Origin: a virus
Reading direction: 5' to 3' (one strand)
UHGV virus genome: UHGV-0026213
Length of the DNA stretch: 64,000 nucleotides
A program made the translations under genes and the position numbers. Below the pieces are notes generated by a model, which saw only the letters and a program-made list of their open reading frames with translations, searched no databases and had not been told where the DNA came from. This document shows, piece after piece, positions 37,903 through 47,980 of the stretch (position 1 is its first letter; each line of letters starts with the position of its first letter).

Positions 37903-40900
37903 TTAATCGCGAATGATTACCGCCTGCACTTTATTGTTGGTGTCGATAAACGACATTACGCGCTCCTTGTTAAGATAAGGAGGTATCGGTAACGCAGCGT
38001 AATCCACCAGGTTGTTATTAAATTCAGTTGCCACTAACGCATTAAGCGTTTCGGGGTCTGAACTGACACCGGTCAATTCCATAACGCGCACACGATTTAA
38101 TGAGGAATAGTTGCTAATATAGTCTAACAACGTACCATAGACTTTATTCGCGGTTGCGCTATCTGCCGTAGAACGGATGTTGGCACGAACTTCATCCTCA
38201 TAAAGTCCCCCTAAACCGTAGTAAATAGGGGTATACGGATCGTTAACGATAGGTTCGATATTGAACCCTGTTAAACGGTCGGTTAATGGGATTTTCTGCG
38301 TAGTTCCCCCTGCCGCCGTACAACTTACATATTTGTCCGTCGCAGATAAATGCACCGCGACAGTATACGTAGTCCCCGCTAAGGTCAGTCTTGCACTAAA
38401 CGTTATTGCGTTGGTTGCACTACGGTTGTGGGTAAACGATACTTCAGGTTGTAATGAACTCCACGGTGCTGGCGTGACACGTTTCGTTGGTGTGAAACCC
38501 ACCACTACCGATTTCCCGCTACCGAAGTTCAAACCGAACCCTGCGTAACAATATTCACCGTTACTGTCGGTTAAACGATACCCGCGAGTGATAAGTAACG
38601 ACAACCGCATAAACTCGCCGTCGGTGTTTTTCCAACAACCTAAAACAGTTTCTAACACCGTGCCGGTTTTTGCGTTGCTTTCTGTTTCCCAACTGACTCG
38701 CATTCCTGCGTTCTTAAAAGCTGGGAACATGTTGTGGATAAACCCGTGTAGGTTATCGCTTACCCCTTTCGCGTCAAAAATCCACTTGGATGCGAGCTGG
38801 TCGTATTTCACCCCGTCTAAAGCTTTATACTGCCCACCGGCAACATAACGCCAATCTGCTTCACCGCGTACTACTGCCTGGAGTCCAGAAGCCCAGCAAG
38901 GCGCACCTACTGTTAAGTTAGCTAACCCAAGCGCTGCACGTGACGCGGAGCGCTGAATGTGTGCGTTGTCATCGGCTTTATGATCTTTCAGTTCACGGAA
39001 ATCGCCCAACCGTGTGACATTACGCATCTCCGTAACGAACACCTCAGAAATGTCGTTAACACCAATCAACCCTACACGCGTCATGGTATCCGTTTCAGCC
39101 TGACTGTAGCTGTCGTGGACAATATACTTCGCTTTGTTGTCAACAATATCAACAAAAATCCCTGCGTAGATTTCTGTATTCAATTTCGGAAAACGTTCAC
39201 TGACGTTAATCGTCATCAACGGAACGTCGTATGTTTCACCACCGATAAAATACGTTGAAGCTGGAAGCGTGACCAGAATTTTGTCTTTGACCGTAAGGTC
39301 TATTAAGTCGTTACCAGACTCACCAAAACGTATAATGTCAAGACGTGCCTCCGAGTCAACACCGCTGACAGCGCGCTCCAATTTTTCAATCTGGGATGTC
39401 TGCGCCATTACCACACTCCCATCGAGTGCTAAAGTCACATCATCCACATCCAGACCAAATTTAATCAGACCACGTTGCGCTGTGGTTGCGTTCCCTGTAC
39501 CAAAAGCGGTAAACGGGTGTTGGTGAACTTTAGGCGAGTATTTATCTAACTCCGCACGCTGTGCTGTAGAAATCGGTAAATCGGCATCGGGCGTATTCGC
39601 AACATTACCTAAACCAAAGGTAATCTTATCGATAGTAACCGAGCTGGTAAGTTGCATGTCGTTAATGTACGATTTAACTGCAACTAACTTACCGGTGAAC
39701 TCCGCATCGAGTTTTTCAATCAGTGCTGGCGTTGCTGCAAGGTTTTCAGCGGTACCGAACTCATCGGTCAACTGCCAAGCTGCCAGAGCTGTTGTATCGG
39801 TCGCGGTAGGAAGAATAAAGGTCGCTACGAACGGCGAGGCTTTTATCCCGCTACCGGTGATCGTAACCGTTGTTGTCGAACTTGCGTAGAATAAACCTGT
39901 GCCACCTGCGGTATTGCCTGGCAGATACGGGGCTACGGTGGTGGGGTCTAAGAGTTTTTTACCACGCCACAACAATCCTCGGTCATCGGGGTATAGCACA
40001 AGCTGGTTAGTACCTGCTTGGAACGTTACGGGGTTGTTACCCACGTTAACATCAGTTGAACCTTGGCCAATAAACTTGATGGATTTCGGATCAACAACAA
40101 ACTGGGCACCTAAACGTGTCTCGTCAACAACATCCGGTGCTTTCTTAATGGTAACCGTGTTACCTTTGTTTTGCGAACTAATGGTAACGGCGTCGGCAAC
40201 ATTATTGATCAGCGATTTAAAGTGGTGCTGATTCTCTAATGCTTCTAACGCAGCGTCCATGTTATCGAAGTTAATCCGACCGCTATACGTTTTACCGTTT
40301 ACGGTAATAACGACGTCAAACACGTTCCCTGTACGCTTCAGTTGAAAACGTAGCGTAAAATCCCCATCCGGTATTGCCGGATTAGGAGCTTGAGAAATAT
40401 AACGTACCGACGGTAACGGACTCCCGTAACCGTTCAATGTCAGACTGATAGTAAGGGTACCACCCCAGATTTGACCAGTAATCTCTACGAACTTACCGGA
40501 GTTACTACCCGGGTTTTCGTAGAAACGTAAACCAACCCTACCGACCGCTTCATTACCAGACGCTGTTTTACGTCCAGTAACAATAAAGTCAATATCTTGC
40601 AGGTTGGCAGGCACTGCATTAAAGTTAGCAATGAAACCGCTTTTCGCTCCTGTATAACGAAGCGCGCCGTGATATCTGTGACCACTACTAACATAGCTTT
40701 CGCTAAAATAAGGACTCACGTATTTCGACATCGAGACCGGATCAACTTCCGTCGTGAACGAAGTAAAACCCGGAAGTGTGGTAATCGTGCCGTTAACGTT
40801 CTTGCTCGGCGATTCACGAAGCAGTTTTTTCTGTGCGGTTAACGTTGCTTGTGTTGGGTACTTAGCATTAACATAATCCGTTAACTGCTGTTTCGTCTTC

Positions 40901-42225
40901 CCGTAAGCTAACGCGGCATCTGTCGCAATACCATTCAGCTCTAACGCACGGATCGGACCCCACGTATCGGTGTGCGGGTTGTCCTTACGTGTAACGTGTT
41001 CGTGTGCAGGCGCGTTACGATACAGCTGCTCAACTAACTGATGGTATTTGACTATTAACTGGTAAACATCGTTATCGATGTCAGGTTCTGGTGCGCCGGG
41101 TAAAGAACGAATTTGAATATAATCGTTTTCGGCCGCATACCAGTTTAAATTAATGTTCGTTTTAAACTTCAACCATTTAGCAACATCCGTTTTCGAATAC
41201 CCTGCCGAGAACTCATCAGGCGGCGTATCGACATTGAATGTGTAATCCATGGTCTGTTTATTTGTTTTTACTACGATGACGTAAACACCGTTTCCGGGTT
41301 GACGGGTTACACTAAAATCGATATCGTTTTTTAACTCATCGTCAGTTAAACCGTTGATTAACGTATAATCGTAGTTTGTTGAACCGCTACCAATAGCGAC
41401 CGTTAAGACCAGTGAGATTTTGCGCTGTTTTAGCTGCAGCCGTAGAATACTTGCACCGCCGTTAGCATAACAGAGCATCCAATCGATCTGTTCGTTTGGA
41501 TTCAATTTCGTCATGTCTGGCAGAATAGCAGGAATTATGTGTTTCACTGACAGGGCGTAGTCGTTAAAGGTTGCAGTTTTATAACTCAAGCTATAACGAT
41601 GACGGGCAGTGTTGTAGGTGAAGCCACCTTTATTGTCGTATACGGCATACTGCTCGGAAGTGATAACCTTGCTATTAGCACGGTATTCTAAATCCAGGGT
41701 ATTGCGTGCGATGGGGTTAAGCCGACTCACGACTTCCCCTAACGAATCGCCTAATCCAGCAATAGCCTGCATTAATTCCAGTTCACCTTTCCAATTCTCC
41801 CAATCGAACTGAATATCGACCGGCGGAAAGTAAACGTCCCCGATGACGGTGTCCCACTGACACGCAGACGGGTATTTATCTTTATTGAGTTCGCGTTCTG
41901 CGCTAATCTGTTGTTGGGTAGCCTGACCACAACCAACGGCGTGGTAATCTACCGTAAAATTCGATTTGTATTTGTCATTAACAATCCAAATCATCCCGTG
42001 AATGAGATAGGCTGTGCGCAACATACCGGTCTCGTACGGGTGTGTAATAACGTAATCGTCGCCTAAGGTCAGTGTTTTGCCGCCGCTCTTGACCACCAGG
42101 GATGTGGTGAAAAAAGGGGCGTGGGCAGGTACCAACATTCGGTATTTCGTACCAATGACGGCGACCGCTTCACCGGTTATTTTATTCCCCGGTTTTTTGA
42201 AGTGTGGGTCTAAGACGACAGCCAT
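37903..42225 (-). CDS. Giant tail fibre or tailspike-like structural protein (1440 aa)
   Basis: N-terminal HAPFF...GDDYVI module; first gene of the minus-strand structural operon. Confidence 0.65.
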   Translation of the reverse strand: MAVVLDPHFKKPGNKITGEAVAVIGTKYRMLVPAHAPFFTTSLVVKSGGKTLTLGDDYVITHPYETGMLRTAYLIHGMIWIVNDKYKSNFTVDYHAVGCGQATQQQISAERELNKDKYPSACQWDTVIGDVYFPPVDIQFDWENWKGELELMQAIAGLGDSLGEVVSRLNPIARNTLDLEYRANSKVITSEQYAVYDNKGGFTYNTARHRYSLSYKTATFNDYALSVKHIIPAILPDMTKLNPNEQIDWMLCYANGGASILRLQLKQRKISLVLTVAIGSGSTNYDYTLINGLTDDELKNDIDFSVTRQPGNGVYVIVVKTNKQTMDYTFNVDTPPDEFSAGYSKTDVAKWLKFKTNINLNWYAAENDYIQIRSLPGAPEPDIDNDVYQLIVKYHQLVEQLYRNAPAHEHVTRKDNPHTDTWGPIRALELNGIATDAALAYGKTKQQLTDYVNAKYPTQATLTAQKKLLRESPSKNVNGTITTLPGFTSFTTEVDPVSMSKYVSPYFSESYVSSGHRYHGALRYTGAKSGFIANFNAVPANLQDIDFIVTGRKTASGNEAVGRVGLRFYENPGSNSGKFVEITGQIWGGTLTISLTLNGYGSPLPSVRYISQAPNPAIPDGDFTLRFQLKRTGNVFDVVITVNGKTYSGRINFDNMDAALEALENQHHFKSLINNVADAVTISSQNKGNTVTIKKAPDVVDETRLGAQFVVDPKSIKFIGQGSTDVNVGNNPVTFQAGTNQLVLYPDDRGLLWRGKKLLDPTTVAPYLPGNTAGGTGLFYASSTTTVTITGSGIKASPFVATFILPTATDTTALAAWQLTDEFGTAENLAATPALIEKLDAEFTGKLVAVKSYINDMQLTSSVTIDKITFGLGNVANTPDADLPISTAQRAELDKYSPKVHQHPFTAFGTGNATTAQRGLIKFGLDVDDVTLALDGSVVMAQTSQIEKLERAVSGVDSEARLDIIRFGESGNDLIDLTVKDKILVTLPASTYFIGGETYDVPLMTINVSERFPKLNTEIYAGIFVDIVDNKAKYIVHDSYSQAETDTMTRVGLIGVNDISEVFVTEMRNVTRLGDFRELKDHKADDNAHIQRSASRAALGLANLTVGAPCWASGLQAVVRGEADWRYVAGGQYKALDGVKYDQLASKWIFDAKGVSDNLHGFIHNMFPAFKNAGMRVSWETESNAKTGTVLETVLGCWKNTDGEFMRLSLLITRGYRLTDSNGEYCYAGFGLNFGSGKSVVVGFTPTKRVTPAPWSSLQPEVSFTHNRSATNAITFSARLTLAGTTYTVAVHLSATDKYVSCTAAGGTTQKIPLTDRLTGFNIEPIVNDPYTPIYYGLGGLYEDEVRANIRSTADSATANKVYGTLLDYISNYSSLNRVRVMELTGVSSDPETLNALVATEFNNNLVDYAALPIPPYLNKERVMSFIDTNNKVQAVIIRD

Positions 42226-42293
42226 TCTCTACTCCTATAGTCCGTGGGCGTCGAAGTTCATACTATGACTTGAATCTATAGAGGAAAAGAGCT

Positions 42294-43556
42294 GTGACTA
42301 CTGCTTATCAAGTGCGGCCCGACAGCGCTTTTGGCTTCTCTCGAGAGTCCCGTACCTGGGGAGCCATCGATGTCACGCAACCCTTAAATACGTTGTGTTC
42401 AGACTACCACACCTTTGAGATCGGTTTAAGTGCACTTGGTAAAGACTATACGTTAGTCAGCCAATACCATCTTGCCGAGCTACAAAACCGAACAGACACT
42501 TTACAAGATTGGTTAAATGAAAAGGCCGGAAACGTCATCCCCACTCTAAAGGCCGGATTGCCGAAACTCGAATTCAGTTGGGCGCATTACCAATCGATTA
42601 ATGCTGACGTGCCCGTTGAAACGTACCTGTGTCCGCCGGGGTACCACCACAGTCAAGATTTCAGCTTAGACGATGCTGACGACGTTGTCATCGTTTGTGA
42701 GGACAAGTGGAAGGACAAATACCGTAATAGCGTTCTGTACAACATTAACGGTCAGTGGGTACCGCATCAGACGGATACCGTAGGTGTCCGATTACCCGGG
42801 GCCGGTAAAATTGTACGAAGGGCCTGTACGCCAGATATCGGCTGTATGGTTTTTGGTCAGTTAGGGAATGTTAAAACTTACCCCATCGCCAACCTTACCC
42901 TAAACAAGCTCGACACTACACGTGACTATTACTCCACGTTAATGATTTCACTGCCCGAATCTATTACGGGGAAAACGGTGGGTTTCGTCATCGGTGGTCT
43001 GTTACGTTGGTTGCCCCCAGGCGGTTATTTCTCCGACCGTGCGATCATGATTTCTTTACCGAATTTTGATCTTGCGCGGACCGTTCTGGAAACCCGTCGC
43101 TATTACGACTGGGACGCCATCGGTGTAGGGGATTTATCAACGCCTACTAATGTCCAACGTATTCGCAACCCCGAAACATTAAAGGCACTTTTACTCCACG
43201 AGTCTTCGTTTATCTTTACGGTAGATAACCCGTATTTAGAAGAAGAGGTTGTGGGTGTATCGCATAACGCAGTTTGGGGACGTTGTTATCTCAAGGACCC
43301 TAGCGATCCTGATTCTGAAAAACCATTAGGGTACTTAAATAATCGTTTCGGAAAGACGGTGGGCTATTGGCCTACATGGGAGGAGGGTGAGTGGGTATTT
43401 AACACCACGGAGTTCGACAGTCAAAACTACGTCTTTCGTGAAGCCCGGTGGTATAATCAGAAGAAGATTAACGACGCGCAAGCAATCGTCGGTCCATTCG
43501 GTCCCTGGGAAAAAGTGTATTTAGAAATGCATCGCTTTAGAGCACGAAAAAAATAA
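42294..43556 (+). CDS. Hypothetical protein (GTG start), divergent from the fibre operon
   Basis: 420-aa ORF. Confidence 0.55.
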   Translation: MTTAYQVRPDSAFGFSRESRTWGAIDVTQPLNTLCSDYHTFEIGLSALGKDYTLVSQYHLAELQNRTDTLQDWLNEKAGNVIPTLKAGLPKLEFSWAHYQSINADVPVETYLCPPGYHHSQDFSLDDADDVVIVCEDKWKDKYRNSVLYNINGQWVPHQTDTVGVRLPGAGKIVRRACTPDIGCMVFGQLGNVKTYPIANLTLNKLDTTRDYYSTLMISLPESITGKTVGFVIGGLLRWLPPGGYFSDRAIMISLPNFDLARTVLETRRYYDWDAIGVGDLSTPTNVQRIRNPETLKALLLHESSFIFTVDNPYLEEEVVGVSHNAVWGRCYLKDPSDPDSEKPLGYLNNRFGKTVGYWPTWEEGEWVFNTTEFDSQNYVFREARWYNQKKINDAQAIVGPFGPWEKVYLEMHRFRARKK

Positions 43557-43562
43557 AGTAAC

Positions 43563-43605
43563 CTCCTACCCTCTAAGAGGGTAGGAGTAGCACGTTTTTT
43601 TTTTC
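43563..43605. terminator. Bidirectional terminator
   Basis: ctcctaccctc-taa-gagggtaggag flanked by A-run and T10. Confidence 0.8.
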
Positions 43606-43607
43606 GC

Positions 43608-43818
43608 TTAGTCTTTTTTGTAGACAATTGCGTTACCGTGCAGTTTGTTGTTGCCGGAAATACCGATAACTTTGAATGCGTCGCCGCCAATTTTTTCAGC
43701 TTCAGCAGCCAGCTTACCCGTTACATGATCAACGGTGTCGCCGAAAGCGCTAACGTTACCGATTTTCTTAAACTCTTCTGGAATATGCTCAGCAGAAGAG
43801 AACTCTTTAATAGACATA
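43608..43818 (-). CDS. DUF1471 (YdgH/BhsA/McbA)-like small protein without signal peptide
   Basis: GGAGAG RBS then ATG at about 43818; product MSIKEF...IGNVSAFGDTVDHVTGKLAAEAEKIGGDAFKVIGISGNNKLHGNAIVYKKD fits the enterobacterial DUF1471 pattern. Confidence 0.5.
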
Positions 43819-44023
43819 ACAGCTCTCCATTTCAAAAGGAAGGTGGTCTAAGACCGACGTGTGTTACAACCGAAGCATAAGATAGCTCCTCCCCGTAGGG
43901 AGGAGTAGAGTGCGCGAAAAAAGTGGCCTGCTTAACTAAACGATGGGTTTAAGAAAAGTGTTGATAAAAAGCTTTACCAACGTCAGGTCACAATATATAA
44001 ACACAACGTAAGAAAAAGGGGAA

Positions 44024-44989
44024 TTATTGCGGAGGTGATGTCGGACCATGTTTACCTTGGTGAATGTGAACGCTAAAGGTAATACCGGAAATAATGGCAT
44101 CTTTAACCGTAAAGACACCCACACCTTCACCCGTACCACCGTATTTGAAGTTCTTAGCAACTTCCAAATTACCGGTGAACATCGCTTCCTTCCCTTCTTG
44201 TTTAAAGTTCGGCGTTTTAAACGTTGTCGAACTGCCCGCTTCTGTTAACCAGGTTTGTGTTTTAAACGTAACGGAACTCGCTGCTTCCGTATTGCGGACT
44301 TCGCATTTTTCATTAATCGTTTTCGTTTCCAGGTTAATAGAACGCTTTGAATAAATGAACGCATCTTCTTTGTTGATGTTCACTTTTGAAAGCATCGCAT
44401 TCTCAAACCCGAGATCATCTTCAACCGAGTTAATGTAATACTTGTTTCCTTTATGGTCAACGCACTGCCACGTACCGTTTGCATTATCAAACTGAAACAA
44501 CCACGCCGCTTTCTCGCCATTCACCATACTCGTTCTTAGCGTGATATGTTTGTCAATCGTCGAAACGTTCAACACATACGCATTGGACAAGTCATCCGCC
44601 ATTTGGTTTTCAGGGTCAGCCGACCACGCATAAACCGCATCTTCTAATCGCTTAACGTTAGCGAAGTTCAGATCAATCCAAAAATAAATATCGGTTTTCC
44701 CCAAACGTAACAAGATAACGTAATCTTCTCGTTTAACGTCAGGGGAATTAATTCGGTTGGAGTTAAACTTCCACCACTTTGCTGTTATCGTGTTACCCGT
44801 CTTAATGGTTAGGTTATCTGTTGCACCAGATGTTTCGTGCGTCTTTTCAGTTGCTGAAGAAACAGATTGCACCACGGTAGGGTTAGCAAAGTTGGTTTCA
44901 ATTGGTATCACTTTTACCCGATCTGTACCACGGGGTTTGTCTTCCGCGACGATACCAATTGAGAAAAAATCAACACTGGATTTCTCCAT
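44024..44989 (-). CDS. Hypothetical protein (possibly structural)
   Basis: 321-aa ORF. Confidence 0.55.
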   Translation of the reverse strand: MEKSSVDFFSIGIVAEDKPRGTDRVKVIPIETNFANPTVVQSVSSATEKTHETSGATDNLTIKTGNTITAKWWKFNSNRINSPDVKREDYVILLRLGKTDIYFWIDLNFANVKRLEDAVYAWSADPENQMADDLSNAYVLNVSTIDKHITLRTSMVNGEKAAWLFQFDNANGTWQCVDHKGNKYYINSVEDDLGFENAMLSKVNINKEDAFIYSKRSINLETKTINEKCEVRNTEAASSVTFKTQTWLTEAGSSTTFKTPNFKQEGKEAMFTGNLEVAKNFKYGGTGEGVGVFTVKDAIISGITFSVHIHQGKHGPTSPPQ

Positions 44990-45018
44990 CGGGACGTTCC
45001 TTAGATCGGAATTGAATT

Positions 45019-45044
45019 CAGATATATATTACTTAAGTGAATAG
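45019..45044 (+). promoter_or_regulatory. Conserved promoter-like motif, copy 3 (cagatatatattacttaAgtgaatag)
   Basis: Lies in the divergent intergenic region upstream of the 45.1-49.3 kb plus-strand block. Confidence 0.6.
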
Positions 45045-45410
45045 GGGCTGAAGTGCCAGTTCAGCCACTACGGACACGTTTCATTCGAAACGGATTGATT
45101 AAACCATTTGGGGAGACAGATCATGTCTACTAAAAAGAAAGAAAGTCTCAATGAGCTGCTCAAACGGCTTAAAGACTACACTCCATTTAGTACCTTCCGA
45201 TAACAGGTACTAAAATTTTACAGTCTGTCCCTTTATTCTGCTACTCGGGATACCGGTAGGGGGTAGGGGGCATTATGTATACGGATATAAATAGCGGAGG
45301 TATACGGAGTATACCGACATACTCTTCCCAGAGGAACGTAGTGACTTCCTTATACCTCTTTTACAATCCATAATAATAGCCTTCCCTTCATTGGGATTAG
45401 CGAGTAAATC

Positions 45411-46148
45411 ATGAGAGAATTATTAGACGATATCTTTACCAACACCAGTTTAGAACTTTCTTCTACGGTGGTTAACGAACTAATAGGGCAAACCCAACCT
45501 GCTAAGTTAATCGATGTTGGAACAATTAAACCTGAAGATTATCCAGACAGTGACGTTATCGACTGTATGATTGACGAATACGTGATAGGAAGTTACGCCA
45601 ACCGCGTCTTCTTTGTTATTAATACCGAAACCAGTGTCATGTTAATCTATAAGTTGATCAGTGATGCCGAACTTGAAGTTGTGGCTGACCACATTCGTCT
45701 TCTTGCGAACACACCTACTAGTATCGCTGATGTGCTTATTGGGAACGGTTGGGCTTTACCACCACTATTCTCTTACTTCCCTCTGTTTAGAAATGGGATA
45801 GGGTTACTCCGAAATGCAGAAAATCTTCCCGATAACGTCGAGTTATCACTGCTTGGACCCGGCATCGATCTTTGTCCATTAGAAGACGAGGGCACGCTAT
45901 ATGGTTTGCGCATCTATGTTTCTGTGTTAAACGGATACCGCGTTATTGAACTAATTGCATCCGACTTAGCAAAACAGATCCCAGATGTGGAAACGATTTC
46001 TAAAGCCACCCACCTGGTTGAGATTAACTCAGATGATCCCTTATTGAAATATCACGAGAAAATTGATCTTCGTAAAATCGCCACGATGAGAGGGTGGGGT
46101 TGTGCTGAGATTACGAAGGACTATCTGCTGTTAATTAAAACCGCGTAA
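45411..46148 (+). CDS. Hypothetical protein, loosely related to the GW...LLF C-terminal family
   Basis: C-terminus RGWGCAEITKDYLLLIKTA. Confidence 0.55.
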   Translation: MRELLDDIFTNTSLELSSTVVNELIGQTQPAKLIDVGTIKPEDYPDSDVIDCMIDEYVIGSYANRVFFVINTETSVMLIYKLISDAELEVVADHIRLLANTPTSIADVLIGNGWALPPLFSYFPLFRNGIGLLRNAENLPDNVELSLLGPGIDLCPLEDEGTLYGLRIYVSVLNGYRVIELIASDLAKQIPDVETISKATHLVEINSDDPLLKYHEKIDLRKIATMRGWGCAEITKDYLLLIKTA

Positions 46149-46177
46149 TTAAGAAAACCGAAAAAGGAGAATATACC

Positions 46178-46732
46178 ATGTTTCAAACTGAACTGAAAAA
46201 TGAAATTATCCAAACCCTTGAAAAGGGCGTAGGCGAACATTTCTTTGTCCGTCCTTATACCGTACTGACCAATACCATTATTCAGCCTGGTGCGATGATA
46301 GTAGGGGTAAGTGTACAAGCTGTAGAGGAAACCCCGCTGCGTCGTAACATCACACGTAAAACCCATATCCCATTTAAAACAGGTTTTACAGATTACCTTC
46401 AGAGCTTACTGGGGGATAGCGCTTGGAAAACAGGCAGCTTCTTCCACGAAGGGAAGACTTCCACGCTGGTTTATAAAGAGAGCACCAAGTATCTGGTTGA
46501 TTTTCTCTTAGCGCGTCAGTATACTTTCTTTCCAACCCCTACTGACTGCACCCCAGACAACCCAGGTAAGTTATTAAACCAAAGCGAAGCCGAGGCACTC
46601 TTTACAAGACTTCGGAATGAACAGTGCGATGTTGACGACTGGGAAACGTTGATCGCGGTCGCTAAAGCCCACGGTTGGTATACCGTACGTAAAATCGGCC
46701 AGCAGCTGTTGTTCTTAGCTTACCCTGCTTAA
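46178..46732 (+). CDS. Hypothetical protein, GW...QLLF C-terminal family
   Basis: C-terminus AHGWYTVRKIGQQLLFLAYPA. Confidence 0.6.
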   Translation: MFQTELKNEIIQTLEKGVGEHFFVRPYTVLTNTIIQPGAMIVGVSVQAVEETPLRRNITRKTHIPFKTGFTDYLQSLLGDSAWKTGSFFHEGKTSTLVYKESTKYLVDFLLARQYTFFPTPTDCTPDNPGKLLNQSEAEALFTRLRNEQCDVDDWETLIAVAKAHGWYTVRKIGQQLLFLAYPA

Positions 46733-46761
46733 GTAACGAAAAAACCTAAAGGAGAGTAAAA

Positions 46762-47913
46762 ATGCGAAATATTATTTCTAAACCAGGACATGCCAAGATC
46801 CTAAAAGAACTGATGGACAGATGCTATAATCGGACTTGGTCACTACCAAGCTTAACCATCGAATCTTCATTACAACGTGAGTTGTTTGGTTATAACTTGG
46901 GCTGCTGTGTACTTACTGAATACAATGAGATTATCGCACCTGTCGATGTCTGTACTTACGATGAAGAAATTGAAGGTTACAAGTTCGCGGTTTACACAAA
47001 TTGTGGACTAAATTACCGTAAACTCGTTGTTAGGGAAAAGAGTAGCAACCGGAAGATTATGTTTAAGGTCTTCCCAAGTGGTAAAGTCAGTAATTTATGT
47101 CTTCAGCTTGAGAAAGTGCCCTTTCACGGTGCAGCCATTTTAACTAAACCAGAACTCCTGTTATTAAGCGGGTTAATTGGCTTTGAAGTAAAAACCATCA
47201 AAGTTGAGCAGGAACTTACACGAAACGATTTCGGCTCAACTTGGTACGAAAGTTTCTTCCGCTACGAAATGTTAAGTGATAAAGCTATCAAACTCACTTA
47301 CCGTTCTACCGACGATATCGTTTACCACATTTTAATTAGCGGCGAACCCCACCAGATTATTGAAGACGAAGGAGAAAAATCAGTGTGCACCTTAAAAGAT
47401 GAATTAACTGATTTTGTTAACAAAATTGATAACGTGGGTATCAGTGAATTATTGTTCCCGATACAGCATCCAGAGTTGCTTGACGAGAAATCTGAAAACG
47501 TGGTTATGGGTGTGCATTTACTTCCTGACCATCTTGCTATCTACCGTACACTTTCTAAAAATCAACTTAAAGTGTGGTGCCTGTTAAAAGACCTTTTAAC
47601 AGAGGCGGGGTGGTCGTGTAGTGTAGATGTTAACTGTGAAGGAGTTGCGTTCTTCATCACAATAGGCAATCGTAGTTTTTCTGTCGATTTACCTACTCGC
47701 AGCTATTACAATTTCTTCCCGACCGCAGAAGGACGTACTGAAAAAGAACCCGCATTACTGCTCAGTGCTGAGGAGTCCAATGCGTTAATGACGAAACTAA
47801 AAGCGAAAGACGAGAAGCTGGATGCTTTACATCTACCTATAATCGGGAAAGACTACGGTTGGGCTGACGTGCAAAAATACGGCAGCCAACTGTTGTTTGT
47901 TGCCAACATTTAA
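46762..47913 (+). CDS. Hypothetical protein, GW...QLLF C-terminal family
   Basis: C-terminus DYGWADVQKYGSQLLFVANI. Confidence 0.6.
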   Translation: MRNIISKPGHAKILKELMDRCYNRTWSLPSLTIESSLQRELFGYNLGCCVLTEYNEIIAPVDVCTYDEEIEGYKFAVYTNCGLNYRKLVVREKSSNRKIMFKVFPSGKVSNLCLQLEKVPFHGAAILTKPELLLLSGLIGFEVKTIKVEQELTRNDFGSTWYESFFRYEMLSDKAIKLTYRSTDDIVYHILISGEPHQIIEDEGEKSVCTLKDELTDFVNKIDNVGISELLFPIQHPELLDEKSENVVMGVHLLPDHLAIYRTLSKNQLKVWCLLKDLLTEAGWSCSVDVNCEGVAFFITIGNRSFSVDLPTRSYYNFFPTAEGRTEKEPALLLSAEESNALMTKLKAKDEKLDALHLPIIGKDYGWADVQKYGSQLLFVANI

Positions 47914-47980
47914 TAAGTGAAACTACACTTTCTCTAACTGCCGCGCTTTAGTCGCGGCTTTTGTTAAGAAGGAAATAGAA

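Noticed and set aside
29653-41812. Numerous 60-160-aa ORFs on both strands inside the three giant fibre genes
   Set aside because: Embedded within or antisense to 1400-1700-aa ORFs that carry RBSs and the shared N-terminal module; no independent signals.
43880-43905. Hairpin ctcctccccgtagggaggag as a terminator
   Set aside because: No U-tract on either strand in the expected position; left uncalled.
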